Counted from the stretch's first letter, positions 19,395-30,412 are shown. The stretch is DNA of 64,000 nucleotides from an uncultured Prevotellaceae bacterium (GCA_902770195.1 CACXSA010000002.1:5867-69866); one strand, 5' to 3'. Notes: generated by a model not told the origin, from the sequence alone. Translations and numbers: made by a program.

Positions 19395-20540
19395 TCAAAG
19401 ATGTTTCTTAAAAAAGTCCAGCACGCGTTGCTGGGCTTTTTTATTGCAACTGTGTGGCATGTCCCATAGTTCTGTCTCTAGCTTGTCATTGGCTCTTTGT
19501 GAATTCCAGGTCTCGTGCATCGTCTGGAAGGCTTTCTGGACACCAGCTACGGGGAAGAGCTTATCCTGGGAGCCATTGATAAAAAGCATGGGTTTGGGGC
19601 ATGCGAGGCTGGCGATATGTGGGTAGTCGAGCCAGCGACGAAGACCGGGGAAGCAATTGGCAAAGCCGCCATTCTCTGTGCGACTGTATCTGAAGGACAT
19701 CTGTTCATCGGTGGTTACCATCCAACAGATGGAAGTACCTACCTTGATACGATCACTCAAGGCAGACAGCATCCAGGCACGATAGGCACCCATAGACCAT
19801 CCAGTACAGCCTATACGTCGTGCATCCACTTCCGGCATCTGTGCCAGGTATTCCGTGCCTGCAATATCGTCGTAGGTCATCCAAGCTGAAAGGTTAATAC
19901 CATACATCATCATGTTGCCGGCTATCATGTCATAACAGTCACGGCGAGCCCCTTCTTTCTGTCCCCTTTCACCCCACATCGGTGCATCGGCAGAGAATAC
20001 AACATAGCCGTTTTTAGCCAGATAGTCGCCAAAGTACTGACCCTCATAGCCCTTTAGCCACTCGTTGGCATCCTTGATGACCGTCGAGTCTTCGCAAGCC
20101 AATGGACGGATCATTTTCTCCTTGCCGATAAAGAGGTGAGCCCCATGATCGTGCAAGGCATTAACGGCAGGAAAGGGACCTTTGCCGTCGGGGATGAGCA
20201 CATAGGCTGGCACCGTATAGTAGCGGCTCAACCAGATTTCTATCTTGCGTGCCTTATAGCCGTCGCGTTGTTCCTCGTAGAGAACCTTTGCCTCATAACC
20301 CTGAGCAGGAGCGGGGGGTGGCGTGAGCATGCAGTCGAACACCCGTTGTCGAGCCATCTTGCGCCATTCATCAAAGTCTTTGATATCGCTATGCCCCCAA
20401 GCCAACGGATAGTTCAAGTCGGCTATCAGCGAGTCGGCATATACGGGCAGGTTCCGCATGAACTCGTATTTGTCACGCGTCTGGGAAAGGGCATTCATGC
20501 TGCATAGCAGCAATCCTGCAATGACAGAAATTGTTCTCAT
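19395..20540 (-). CDS. Alpha/beta hydrolase (dienelactone hydrolase-like), probable carbohydrate esterase
   Basis: GWSMG nucleophile elbow, GSQDKLFP Asp and C-terminal PH His; signal peptide. Confidence 0.8.
   Translation of the reverse strand: MRTISVIAGLLLCSMNALSQTRDKYEFMRNLPVYADSLIADLNYPLAWGHSDIKDFDEWRKMARQRVFDCMLTPPPAPAQGYEAKVLYEEQRDGYKARKIEIWLSRYYTVPAYVLIPDGKGPFPAVNALHDHGAHLFIGKEKMIRPLACEDSTVIKDANEWLKGYEGQYFGDYLAKNGYVVFSADAPMWGERGQKEGARRDCYDMIAGNMMMYGINLSAWMTYDDIAGTEYLAQMPEVDARRIGCTGWSMGAYRAWMLSALSDRIKVGTSICWMVTTDEQMSFRYSRTENGGFANCFPGLRRWLDYPHIASLACPKPMLFINGSQDKLFPVAGVQKAFQTMHETWNSQRANDKLETELWDMPHSCNKKAQQRVLDFFKKHL
19410..19442. terminator. Hairpin with A/T flanks; probable terminator of the susCD operon, overlapping the 3' end of the convergent hydrolase gene
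   Basis: AAAAAAGTCCAGCA-CGCGT-TGCTGGGCTTTTTT. Confidence 0.7.
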
Positions 20541-20553
20541 TGTAGTTTGTTGT

Positions 20554-23217
20554 TTATTGTTGGTTGATGTATTCGCGGGGTGACATGCCGAAGCGCTTGC
20601 GGAAGCATTTGCCGAAGTAGCTAGCATCTTTGAAACCTGAGCGATAGGCTATCTCGGTGATGTTGAGATTGGTGGTCTGCAGGAGTTCTGCGGCGTGACT
20701 GAGACGGAACTCCTTAATCAGGTCAACAGGCGCAAAACCTGTTTGTCCTTTCACTTTCTTATAGAAGGCAGAACGCGAAAGACCCATTTCTGCTGCCATA
20801 TCATCAATGTTGTATTCGCTATTGGGAATGTTCTGACGAATAATATGGTGCAAGTGGTCAATGAACTCGTCGCCCTCATCTGGCTTGCTGGTCAGTTTGG
20901 CCAGTCGCTGGCTGATATAGATTTCGTTACGCATGCGATTCATCTGTAAAATGGTACGGATGACAAGCCAAGCTATTAAAAGGGCAATGAATATATAAAT
21001 AATGTGAGCCCACCATGTAGCCCACCAAGGAGGCAGGATGCTTATTGTTATACGCGCCGATGATTGAAGGGTAGGATTTGCATCGTCAATGGCTTCAACA
21101 ATAAATGTGTAGTCGCCGGGAGCAACCTCATTATAGGGTGCAACGCGGTGAGGTCCGGGATAATGCCAGTCCCGGTCGTATCCTTCCAGTTTGTAACGAT
21201 AACTGACTTGTGAGTGGTCTTGGAACTTCAGGGCAGCAAATTCTATGATAAATGAGTTTTGATTATGCTCCAGTTCTATTTCTTCACAAAATGGTATGGC
21301 TAGTGGACCTTCATAGGACTGGTTGTCTGTAATGATGTCAATGATACAGGTGCGATAGTTTGTCTTGCAGGTCTGCAACTGGTCTGGGCTGAAGGTTAGA
21401 ATACCTTGTTTGGTACCAATCCACATATGTCCGTCCGAAGAGCATAGCGCGGAGGTTTCTTCCATCTGCACGTCGGGAATGCCGTCATAGCGATCGAAGT
21501 TGCGGATGCGCCCTGTCTGTTGATTATAACAGGAAAGGCCAGCCTCTGTTGCAAACCAGAGCCGTCCATGCTGGTCTTCAGTGATAGAGTAGATGACGTC
21601 ATTACGCAGTCCTTCACGCAGTCCAAGAGGAACGAAACGAATGGTTTCCTTATCTACAATAAGACGTTGCAGTCCACCCCCAAAGGCACCCACCCAAATC
21701 TGTCCTGTCTGGTCACGGTGCATGGTGTAGATATCATTGTTGGCAAAGTTTGCCATAGGGGTGTTCTGGTAGGTTTTGAACAGGATAGCTTCTGGCTTGT
21801 CCAGATCACCATTGAGACTCATCAGTCCGTCAATAGTACCCACCCATAGTCGTCCTTGCTGATCCTCCGTGATGTTTCGTACTTCGGTATAAAGTCCATA
21901 AGCAGGATAATGCTTAAAACCGTGGTGCTTATTATAGAAGGTCAATAGACCATCTATGCTCTCTTTGACTAAGTTTAGTCCGCCATCAAGCGTACCCACC
22001 CATATTCTGTTTTTTGAATCAAAGAAGGTGTAATACACATTATTGCCACTGATGCTGGAAGGGTTGCCTTTCTGCTGTTTATAATGTGTCAGCTGATATC
22101 CCATAGGCTGCGAACTGTCAGGTGTGGCGACAATCAGTCCGTCGCCCTTTGTTGAGAGCCAGAGTCGTCCGCGATTGTCTTCAGTGGCATGGTAGATAGC
22201 ACCGATACCATATTGAGCATAAGGAAGTGTCTTCTTTAATTCACCATTGATAGCATAGATATACACGTCTCGACTGCGAGTACTAACAAGTATTTGTCCA
22301 TTACGCATCTGATAGATGCAGCGAACTCCTGTCAAATCATTGTAAGGCAGCGAAATAAGGTTGAACGTGTGGCGAGGTTTGCTGATGCAATAGATGCCTT
22401 GTGAGGCAGTAGCAACCCATAACAGACTGTCCTTGTCCTGATAGAGATGTGCGTATTTATCGATACCTGCTGCTGTCACCAGTTGGTTGAGCTGTTCAGC
22501 TTCCTGCTGTTGCTGTATCTCCTCTTTTTGCATAGCCTCCATCAAAGAGCCTTTTCCTTTCCGCAGGGCAAAAATGCGATAGTCACGACCCACATAGGCC
22601 ATGTAGTCTTTTGTTTCTTCGCTGATATCCTCTCGCAGTTGAAGCGTCTGTGGGTCAATCTTTCCCTTGGCATCCACCAATTTCTGAATGCTTATACCCC
22701 CATTTCTGTCCGTACAAGCCATCAGCAACGTTTTGTCTTTTGTCAGCAATAGGATGTGCCCTTCATTATTACGTTGTATTTTGATGACCTGCAAGTTCTT
22801 GGTATATTTCTTCAACTCGTTGTCAACTGCATGGAAATGAAGAGTGCGTGGATTGAATGTAAAGAGTTTCCAATCTACCGTTTTCAGCCATAATGTACCT
22901 TGTGCATCCTCTGCTATGCTTTCCACCTTATGGGGAGGATTGTCGGAAACCATTTCCTTTGCCTCTTCCTTGCCTTGCAAGCGCCCTTCGGTTGAGCGGT
23001 AGGTCACGAACTTTCCACCATCAAAACGGCATAAACCATACCAAGTGCCTAGCCATAGAAAACCATCGCTGCTTCGTAAAGCGCACATTACGTTATTTGA
23101 AGGTAATCCGTTGGCTGTTGTGTAATGTTCAGAAATGACAGAGGGTACTGCCTGCGCCATGCAGGTAGCTATTGATAGCATTCCCAACAGCAAGGATGAC
23201 AAGCCCCTTAATACCAT
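20554..23217 (-). CDS. Membrane-anchored AraC regulator with HTCS-type propeller and Y_Y_Y sensor but no kinase/receiver
   Basis: GLPSNNV/LWLGT propeller repeats, YRYKLEGYD, ILPPWWATWWA TM, then directly an AraC HTH (ITEIAYRSGFKDASYFGKCFRKRFG). Confidence 0.85.
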   Translation of the reverse strand: MVLRGLSSLLLGMLSIATCMAQAVPSVISEHYTTANGLPSNNVMCALRSSDGFLWLGTWYGLCRFDGGKFVTYRSTEGRLQGKEEAKEMVSDNPPHKVESIAEDAQGTLWLKTVDWKLFTFNPRTLHFHAVDNELKKYTKNLQVIKIQRNNEGHILLLTKDKTLLMACTDRNGGISIQKLVDAKGKIDPQTLQLREDISEETKDYMAYVGRDYRIFALRKGKGSLMEAMQKEEIQQQQEAEQLNQLVTAAGIDKYAHLYQDKDSLLWVATASQGIYCISKPRHTFNLISLPYNDLTGVRCIYQMRNGQILVSTRSRDVYIYAINGELKKTLPYAQYGIGAIYHATEDNRGRLWLSTKGDGLIVATPDSSQPMGYQLTHYKQQKGNPSSISGNNVYYTFFDSKNRIWVGTLDGGLNLVKESIDGLLTFYNKHHGFKHYPAYGLYTEVRNITEDQQGRLWVGTIDGLMSLNGDLDKPEAILFKTYQNTPMANFANNDIYTMHRDQTGQIWVGAFGGGLQRLIVDKETIRFVPLGLREGLRNDVIYSITEDQHGRLWFATEAGLSCYNQQTGRIRNFDRYDGIPDVQMEETSALCSSDGHMWIGTKQGILTFSPDQLQTCKTNYRTCIIDIITDNQSYEGPLAIPFCEEIELEHNQNSFIIEFAALKFQDHSQVSYRYKLEGYDRDWHYPGPHRVAPYNEVAPGDYTFIVEAIDDANPTLQSSARITISILPPWWATWWAHIIYIFIALLIAWLVIRTILQMNRMRNEIYISQRLAKLTSKPDEGDEFIDHLHHIIRQNIPNSEYNIDDMAAEMGLSRSAFYKKVKGQTGFAPVDLIKEFRLSHAAELLQTTNLNITEIAYRSGFKDASYFGKCFRKRFGMSPREYINQQ

Positions 23218-23221
23218 ATTC

Positions 23222-25813
23222 TTATTTCTGTATGCCAAAGTCTGCTTGCTGAGCCTCTACTTCCTGTAACATCTTGGCTTTTTCTGCGTCGGAGAGGGTA
23301 GGACTCGTCGTACCGGTTTTACTAGTTATAATAGTCGTACTAATCTTATTAGCATCACTGGAGTAGCACATTGGCATATCATATGGAATGCTTTCTATTT
23401 CCAGTTCTGCAGGCGTCGGGGCATGAGTGCCAGGAAATTGAACCTCTGCCTTGATAATTATCTTACCTGCTTTCTTAGTACTGCGAATGAGCACAGGTGC
23501 TGATCCCCATTCTACAGTTCGAGGGTTGGCATTGATATTGGCTTCTCCTATGATTTCGCCTTCGCCTTCCACCGTAAAGCGTATATTTTCCTTTGCTAAT
23601 CGTCGAACATGTCCGAGGTCATCAGTAACCTCGCAGACCACAACGATAAAATCAGAACCGTCAGCAACTAGCTGTTTGCCCATTTCGTCAGCATAAAGAC
23701 GGAGTTTGGTGCTTCTACGCGAAGGCATCTTTTCTTCCATGCAAACCACTTTTCCTTTCATGATACCTTCAGCCACCATCTTGACATTCTGCCAATTACG
23801 TTGAGTATAGCTCCAGTTGCGAGCTTCAAAGAAGTCCCATGCATCCTTAAATACTACCAATCCATTTTCAACAGGAAGTGTCCAGCAATGTTCGCCATCA
23901 TACATTGTTAAGCGAACACTGTCACAATTACTGAAGACAGTAACATCTTTCTCGGAGAATTGTGTCATCTCATGAGCGATAGCCACGATGGGCTGTTCCG
24001 TAGTCTGTCGTAGCACAGCAGCAAACATCGAGAAGGCAGTCTTTTTTTGACGGAAGGCATCATATATACCACCCCAATACGGATCGGGATGATAGCCGCG
24101 CTGATGGTCAAAGGGATGCCACTGGCAACCACCAATAAACTGTCCTGTGGTATGATAGAGCTCTTGCGTCGAGCGATAGAGGCTCATAGCTTGTGTCAGC
24201 ATGGGGCGCTCACCCCACGAACGAGATGCACGGTTCAGGTTGTTATGGGCGTACCAGTCATCGACTAGTTCTCCAAACTCGCGAGTGAAGATGCACTGCT
24301 TGGGTTTGTCGGCTTTGAAGTCGTCACCTGGCCATCCATAGACTACGTCATAGTTATCCTTAACACCTGCAGAGTGTATATCAGCGGCAGCAACTGGGCG
24401 ATAAGGAAAAGGATACTCGTCTTTCGTAATCTGTAAGGCTTGCAGTGCAAAGTCCTCCGGATAGCGCGTCTCGTTCAGGATAGGTTCCCACATCAAGACG
24501 CAGGGATGGTTTCTGTCGCGACGGATGATGTTGCGCGTGTTTTCGTGAACTTTCTCGTCCCAACCCTTGTCCTTGTTCCAATATTGCCAACCAGGAGTAG
24601 CCACGATGATGAAGAGACCCAACTCGTCACATGCGTCCATGAAAGAAGGATCCTGAGGATAGTGTGCCGTGCGGATAATGGTAAAGCCTGCATCACGCAA
24701 TCGCTTTGCGTCACGCCATTGCTGAGAGTTAGGAAGGGCATTGCCCACATAGGCAAAGTCTTGATGACGATTGGCACCCACTAGCTGGTGGTATTTCTTA
24801 TCATTCAGGTAGAAGCCAGGCTGGCGACCTTGGGCATCGTCCGTACGTACAAACTCGAAACTACGGATGCCTATTTTGGTAATACCCCCATCGAGTGATT
24901 GCTTGCCTTCCTTGACATAGGTGGCTATCTGATATAAATAAGGTGTTTCAGGACTCCAAAGTTTGGGGTTCTTGACGAGGAATCGCTGGGTGACGGTGCG
25001 GGTTTCGCCGGGTTGTAGCCTCAGTTTGGTTCGTTGCTGTGCCACAGCAACAGACTTGACAGGAGCAGACAGGGCTTGTTCAATGGTTATGGTGCGAGGG
25101 CGGCTGTCGCTGTTGCGCACTTCGGTATTGACGAACACCTCTGCACTTTTCTCGCTGATGTTAGCGTAATGTACGAAGAGACCTCCGCCTGCTACCTTGT
25201 TTTCTTCAATGGCATCGGTAATAGCTACCTTGTTTTTAGCGATGAGCCACACATCACGATAGATGCCACCATGATAGGCGAAGTCAAGTGTCATTTGCTT
25301 CTTACCAGGAGGATAGGTTTTATCATCACTGTTGTCTGCACAGATGGCGACGACTAAATCGTCACTCACTTGGTAGCCAGAAAGGGGGATGGTAATAGGC
25401 AAATAGCCACCTTCGTGCTCTTTCACTTTCTTACCATTAATGTAGATAGTCTGCTTGCCCATGATGGCTTCAAAATGAAGGGTGACATCACGACCGGCAC
25501 ATTCTTGTGGCAATACAAAGTGCTTGCGATACCATGCCTTGCCTTGATAGTTACGACAACCACTGGCTTCGGCAGGCATCAGTTGCACACTATGGGGTGT
25601 TGAAATCACTTCCCAAGAATTGTCGTTAAAGTTTTTGGCTTCAGCACCAGCCACATCACCTAAATGGAATCGCCATCCAGCATTGAAATTCCATATCAAG
25701 CGACCGCTATGCTCTAAGGGAAATAAACCAGCCACGGAAACATTTTTCGCAAGAAGGGAACTTGCCGATGTGGTCAATATGCAAAGGAAAAGGATAGATA
25801 GTATTTTCTTCAT
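23222..25813 (-). CDS. Glycoside hydrolase family 2
   Basis: HEGGYLP, GGIYRDV, LWSPETPYLY, GANRHQD, RTAHYP and RDRNHP...NE motifs. Confidence 0.9.
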   Translation of the reverse strand: MKKILSILFLCILTTSASSLLAKNVSVAGLFPLEHSGRLIWNFNAGWRFHLGDVAGAEAKNFNDNSWEVISTPHSVQLMPAEASGCRNYQGKAWYRKHFVLPQECAGRDVTLHFEAIMGKQTIYINGKKVKEHEGGYLPITIPLSGYQVSDDLVVAICADNSDDKTYPPGKKQMTLDFAYHGGIYRDVWLIAKNKVAITDAIEENKVAGGGLFVHYANISEKSAEVFVNTEVRNSDSRPRTITIEQALSAPVKSVAVAQQRTKLRLQPGETRTVTQRFLVKNPKLWSPETPYLYQIATYVKEGKQSLDGGITKIGIRSFEFVRTDDAQGRQPGFYLNDKKYHQLVGANRHQDFAYVGNALPNSQQWRDAKRLRDAGFTIIRTAHYPQDPSFMDACDELGLFIIVATPGWQYWNKDKGWDEKVHENTRNIIRRDRNHPCVLMWEPILNETRYPEDFALQALQITKDEYPFPYRPVAAADIHSAGVKDNYDVVYGWPGDDFKADKPKQCIFTREFGELVDDWYAHNNLNRASRSWGERPMLTQAMSLYRSTQELYHTTGQFIGGCQWHPFDHQRGYHPDPYWGGIYDAFRQKKTAFSMFAAVLRQTTEQPIVAIAHEMTQFSEKDVTVFSNCDSVRLTMYDGEHCWTLPVENGLVVFKDAWDFFEARNWSYTQRNWQNVKMVAEGIMKGKVVCMEEKMPSRRSTKLRLYADEMGKQLVADGSDFIVVVCEVTDDLGHVRRLAKENIRFTVEGEGEIIGEANINANPRTVEWGSAPVLIRSTKKAGKIIIKAEVQFPGTHAPTPAELEIESIPYDMPMCYSSDANKISTTIITSKTGTTSPTLSDAEKAKMLQEVEAQQADFGIQK

Positions 25814-25822
25814 AGCGCTTCG

Positions 25823-27277
25823 TCATTTAGGATTATTATAATCGCCTGTTCCTTTGGAGGTGGTAGTTGGTGCAGGCTCCCAATTGTCTGTGCGGAAGGA
25901 GCTGACAGGCAGTCCATCGTGCATCAGGTCGCCATCGGCCCAATCCTTGAAGGCATACCGCACCGCAACGGGTGTCTTTACTTCTTTGCATACCACATAG
26001 ACTCGATTACGAGACACCCAGACCTTTGATGCTGGGTGGAAAACCTTGTCTGCACCAGCCACCTCAAAGTTCTTGGAAGTAGTGCCGTGCTCAAAGTAAA
26101 CCCACTCCTTGCTTCTGTCGAAGGAAACCACAGCGGTATCGTTTTGGAAAGCCACCTCTTTATATACTGCGAAATCAGGCAAGCCTTTCATTTGATAAGT
26201 ATTGCTGAGAGCCAGAATAGCTAAGCGTTCACCTGCCTGACGCTTTTTGCGAGGGTGGATGCCATATTCCAGTCCGGCATCCATCAGCACAGCCATGCGG
26301 GCATTGTCAATCATTGATTCTGCTTTCGCTTGTTGTTCACGCAGGTATTCACTGCCTTTCCATTGGATGAGCGAATAGTCATAGGGTGCTATCTGACAGT
26401 AATAGAAGGGGAAATTGCCTTGCTTCCAATCACTTCGCCAACCCTCTACCATCGCCTTTAACAGGGGAGCATAGAAATCATAACGGGGAACATTGTCCTC
26501 GCCCTGATACCAGATGGCACCTCGCATAGCGAAGCCGATGAGTGGCTTCAACTGTCCATTATAGAGTGCTGTAGGACAGCGTTGCTGCAATTTCTTCACG
26601 TCTTCCTCTGTGATGGTCTGCTTAACTTTGGGGAATGCCTTTAACCATTCAGGAGCCATCCATGCTTCGCAAGCCGAACCACCCCAGGAGGTGACGATTA
26701 GTCCCACGGGTACGTTGAGTGTTGAGCGTAGCGCCTTTCCAAAGTAATAGGCTGTGGCAGAGAAGTCACGTACACTGGCACTATTGGCCTCATTCCATTG
26801 ACCTGTCACATCCCATTCGGGTGTCAGCGAAGCACGTCGCTTCACGGTAAACAATCGCAAGTTTGCATCCTGGCAATGCAGCAGTTCCTCTGTTGTCCCT
26901 TCTACAGGTTGCTGCTTGAAGCCTTTCATCTGCATCTCCATGTTCGACTGGCCAGAGCATATCCATACCTCACCAATCATGACGTTGTTCAGTTGTACAT
27001 AGTCTCGGTCTTTGAAGCCAATGAAATAAGGACCACCTGCTTTAGGTGTCGTTACCTTGACACCAAAGTGTCCATCCTTGTTGACAGGAACACTATGTGA
27101 TTTCTTGTCCCACGAAGTGCTGATAATGACTTTGGAGCCGGGCTCACCCTTACCCCAAATATAACATTCCGTCTGCTGTTGCAATACCATATTGTCGCTG
27201 AAAAACTTGGGTAATACAACCTTGGCATCAGCTGTGAGGGCTATCAGTGCCACAAAGGCGCAAAGAATTTTTCTCAT
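25823..27277 (-). CDS. Sialate O-acetylesterase-family (SGNH) carbohydrate esterase
   Basis: GEVWICSGQSNM, WYQGE and IHP motifs. Confidence 0.9.
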   Translation of the reverse strand: MRKILCAFVALIALTADAKVVLPKFFSDNMVLQQQTECYIWGKGEPGSKVIISTSWDKKSHSVPVNKDGHFGVKVTTPKAGGPYFIGFKDRDYVQLNNVMIGEVWICSGQSNMEMQMKGFKQQPVEGTTEELLHCQDANLRLFTVKRRASLTPEWDVTGQWNEANSASVRDFSATAYYFGKALRSTLNVPVGLIVTSWGGSACEAWMAPEWLKAFPKVKQTITEEDVKKLQQRCPTALYNGQLKPLIGFAMRGAIWYQGEDNVPRYDFYAPLLKAMVEGWRSDWKQGNFPFYYCQIAPYDYSLIQWKGSEYLREQQAKAESMIDNARMAVLMDAGLEYGIHPRKKRQAGERLAILALSNTYQMKGLPDFAVYKEVAFQNDTAVVSFDRSKEWVYFEHGTTSKNFEVAGADKVFHPASKVWVSRNRVYVVCKEVKTPVAVRYAFKDWADGDLMHDGLPVSSFRTDNWEPAPTTTSKGTGDYNNPK

Positions 27278-27286
27278 AATCTATTA

Positions 27287-30200
27287 TTATTTTACGGTAG
27301 TCAAGATGACAGGTGACTCAATCAGTCCGGCAGGTAATAGCGCATCACCTTTAGTGCGGTATTTGGCATTTGTCCAAATGCCGTTGTATGGTGCCTTACC
27401 CTGATCAGCTCCACGCAGGGCATTGTGCCATGTGTTTACCACCTCTATCTCTATTTTGTTATTGCCCTTTTTCAAGGCACCGGTAATCTCTACTTCATAG
27501 GGAGCCGTCCATGCAATGCCACAGTCTTTGCCGTTCACCCACACATGGGCAATATCCTTCACGTTAGGAAATGAGAGCCAGGCACGCTTCTTCAGAACCT
27601 TTTTCTCCTTCAGAGGCCATGTGATTTTATAGAGAGCATGTCCGCTGAAATAGCGTATCTTATCATCATGATGCTTGCTCCAATCAAAGAGTTGCTGATT
27701 TTTCAGCGTAATACCACTTTCTTTGAAGGTGATATCAAATGTGTTTCCACCAGCATCCAGTTTTGAGACACCCTGTTTCCAGGCAGGGAATTCTTTTTCC
27801 CCAGGCTGGGAATTAGAATATCCCCCGTAGGAGACGAAGGCAGACTCATAAGGAGCCAACGTTACAGAGCCCTTAAAATTGTAGGTATCATCCGTCTGGG
27901 GATAGTAAAGTATTCCGTTCCCATGCTGTTGACGGAATGAAGGAGTGAAGGTCTGTTCCTTATTTGTTTGGTTCGAAAGGAAATAGATGTCCTGTCCGTT
28001 ATCATAGCGATGGGTAAACGCAATGCCTTCGGGCAATACCGCATCTGGGGTAATACCTTTTAATTGTGCATCCTGATAAGGCTTGTCGATAACCATTACC
28101 CCTTGGTTGCGTAGCTCGTTGATTCGTTTCTGTGCTTCTGGAGATACCAGAACACCTTCAGGTATTACCAACACCTTATAGTTAAAAGATGGATATAGCA
28201 AGACGTCCTTGTTCATAGAGTCGTATTGGTATCCGTGAAGTGGATTGATCCAGTCCTTCAGGTCAAAGATGGCAGCAGAGTGCTTAACACCAACGGGCGA
28301 CTCTTCCATGAGCAGTCCTGCATTGGCAAGACGTTTTTTCTCTGAGGCAACCCTTTCTGCACCAAATAATCCTGGCAGTATCTTTACGAGCTTGTCAGGA
28401 GTAAACGCCCGACAGGGTATTTCCTCACCTGTATATACAGCGATATCCACTACGGGTTTTCCTTTTTGCAAGAGCTTTTGACAACGAGTGATATACTTCA
28501 CGAACGATTTAGCTTCAGGGAACCAAGTCTGGTCGCGTTGGAAGAAAAGTCCTATGCCATCAAGCGTCATTCCTGGCTTTTTGTCGAGCCAAGGGTTGTG
28601 GGTGTTCACATGAAAGAAGAGACGGTTCATACCCAGTGCGAAGTTCCTGTCCGATATGGGCTTCACCATAGCAGGTGTTTCGTCCCATACGCCACGAACC
28701 TCTGTGAATCCCTCGGCTTGAATAATATCCTTGCCATAGATATGTGCGCCACTGATAGCATCAAGCATGTCGTTGGGCTTGTCGTGTGTGGGTGAGTTCA
28801 GCCAGAATTCTCCCATAGGCATGTCCGTATATTTATAATGCTTCATACCGTCAGAAACCATAGTGGGAGCCACATTCTCGCACGAAAGTTTCACGCCATA
28901 CTTGTGGGCCATCTCAGCCACAGTAGCGAAGAATGCCTCGTTCTTCAATTCGTCAATGGTTTTGCGAATGTCGCGAAGTATCACCTCGGCATTGTCGATA
29001 GCCACACCAGCCATTACCGGCAACAGCGGCAGTAGGTTGTAGCCTCGTCTGCGAGCAAACTCTTCGGCAAAAGTCGGTGACCAATTCTGTGAACCACATT
29101 CCCACGAATCTACATGCATGTATTTGATGACATCATGATGGGGACGCTGCATGAATTTGCCGAACCAGTTCTCTATCTGTTTCTGGACAGCCTTGGGTGA
29201 GAACTTGTCACACTCAAGTCCCTTGCCACCACCTGCTGTAGCGTTGGTATGCCCTGTTGAGGTATAGCCCATACGGATAATACGCCAAGTGCCACCCATC
29301 AGATTCAGGTCTAACATATCACCTTTCATCTGTGTGGTAGTTATCTGGTAGAGGTGGGTGCGCTGTTTGCGGTTCAGGTGCTCAGCAGGCATGTCAGGGG
29401 CAATGCGCCATACCAAGCCTGCTTTTCCCTCCCAGTTGTCAATAGCGGGAACAGTGCCTAAACGGATGTTTTTCACTCGCAACACGGGTTTCCATTTAGC
29501 GGCATCCAAGTCTTCTGCACCAGGTTCTGTACCTGCTGGTCTCCATTCGAAACGGAAATACTTGGCGCGAGTGGGAGGAATGCTGAATGTGGTATTGTAG
29601 CCAGTGTTCTGCCATCCCTGTCTTGGTGGAGTCAGCTGCATCACCTCACGGAAGATAACACCGTCGTCAGATGCTTTGATGTTGAGGCGCTGACTTTGGA
29701 AATTGGTGCCCGATGGTTCTATCTCCACATTAAATATCAATGCAGGCTTCTGCAGTTCGTATTGTATCCAGCAGGCTTTGTCTGCACAATAGACGCCTTT
29801 GTCGTTGATAGTAACCTCTGACGAGTAGGTTGTTTTCTTGACATTGCTTGGGGAATATTTCTGTTGTAGGTCAGCATATCTCATGGCAAAACTTTCCTGA
29901 TTAAGGTCGGATACGTTGACAGCATATACAGCAATGTCTTTGTAATAGTCCTGATAGTGTTGAGGCTTTGGCATCTTAAACCGATGTTGCCCTCCTCGGA
30001 CTATCGTATCGCAGAATACTATTTTCTGCATAGATTCCTCTGGCTTAATCCAAGGACCGCCAGCCAATGCAAATCCATCGCAGATGTGAATACCCATTTT
30101 CAGGTCAAGTTCATCTGCTTGCTCTAAGGCGTAATCCACCATCCGCCAGAAGTTGTCACTCATGGCATTGGCATTGCCTTGATACTCGGGGTGCTCTTCT

Positions 30201-30412
30201 GCTCCGCGGATAGGCATCAGGTAGCAACCTCCCAGGCCCACCTCCTTCATGGCTTTCAGGTCGGCTTTGATACCTTGTTCCGACACAGCTCCGTACATCC
30301 AATACCAGAATGTCCAGGGCTTTTCCGTGTCTGCAGCACTGACACGAAGTGAGAAATAAGTGATGAGAAATGCGAAATAAAAAAGTCGTTTCATATAATT
30401 TGTTGTATTCAT
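27287..30412 (-). CDS. Alpha-L-rhamnosidase, GH106
   Basis: KPWTFWYWM, HICDGFALAGGPWI, GLECDK, DSWE, PMGEFW and AEGFT motifs; alternative start at 30394. Confidence 0.88.
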   Translation of the reverse strand: MNTTNYMKRLFYFAFLITYFSLRVSAADTEKPWTFWYWMYGAVSEQGIKADLKAMKEVGLGGCYLMPIRGAEEHPEYQGNANAMSDNFWRMVDYALEQADELDLKMGIHICDGFALAGGPWIKPEESMQKIVFCDTIVRGGQHRFKMPKPQHYQDYYKDIAVYAVNVSDLNQESFAMRYADLQQKYSPSNVKKTTYSSEVTINDKGVYCADKACWIQYELQKPALIFNVEIEPSGTNFQSQRLNIKASDDGVIFREVMQLTPPRQGWQNTGYNTTFSIPPTRAKYFRFEWRPAGTEPGAEDLDAAKWKPVLRVKNIRLGTVPAIDNWEGKAGLVWRIAPDMPAEHLNRKQRTHLYQITTTQMKGDMLDLNLMGGTWRIIRMGYTSTGHTNATAGGGKGLECDKFSPKAVQKQIENWFGKFMQRPHHDVIKYMHVDSWECGSQNWSPTFAEEFARRRGYNLLPLLPVMAGVAIDNAEVILRDIRKTIDELKNEAFFATVAEMAHKYGVKLSCENVAPTMVSDGMKHYKYTDMPMGEFWLNSPTHDKPNDMLDAISGAHIYGKDIIQAEGFTEVRGVWDETPAMVKPISDRNFALGMNRLFFHVNTHNPWLDKKPGMTLDGIGLFFQRDQTWFPEAKSFVKYITRCQKLLQKGKPVVDIAVYTGEEIPCRAFTPDKLVKILPGLFGAERVASEKKRLANAGLLMEESPVGVKHSAAIFDLKDWINPLHGYQYDSMNKDVLLYPSFNYKVLVIPEGVLVSPEAQKRINELRNQGVMVIDKPYQDAQLKGITPDAVLPEGIAFTHRYDNGQDIYFLSNQTNKEQTFTPSFRQQHGNGILYYPQTDDTYNFKGSVTLAPYESAFVSYGGYSNSQPGEKEFPAWKQGVSKLDAGGNTFDITFKESGITLKNQQLFDWSKHHDDKIRYFSGHALYKITWPLKEKKVLKKRAWLSFPNVKDIAHVWVNGKDCGIAWTAPYEVEITGALKKGNNKIEIEVVNTWHNALRGADQGKAPYNGIWTNAKYRTKGDALLPAGLIESPVILTTVK

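Noticed and set aside
24815-24847. Possible in-frame insert in GH2 sharing CCCAAGGTCG with the 57082 element
   Set aside because: Only a 10-nt match, which could be chance; it cannot be supported without an alignment
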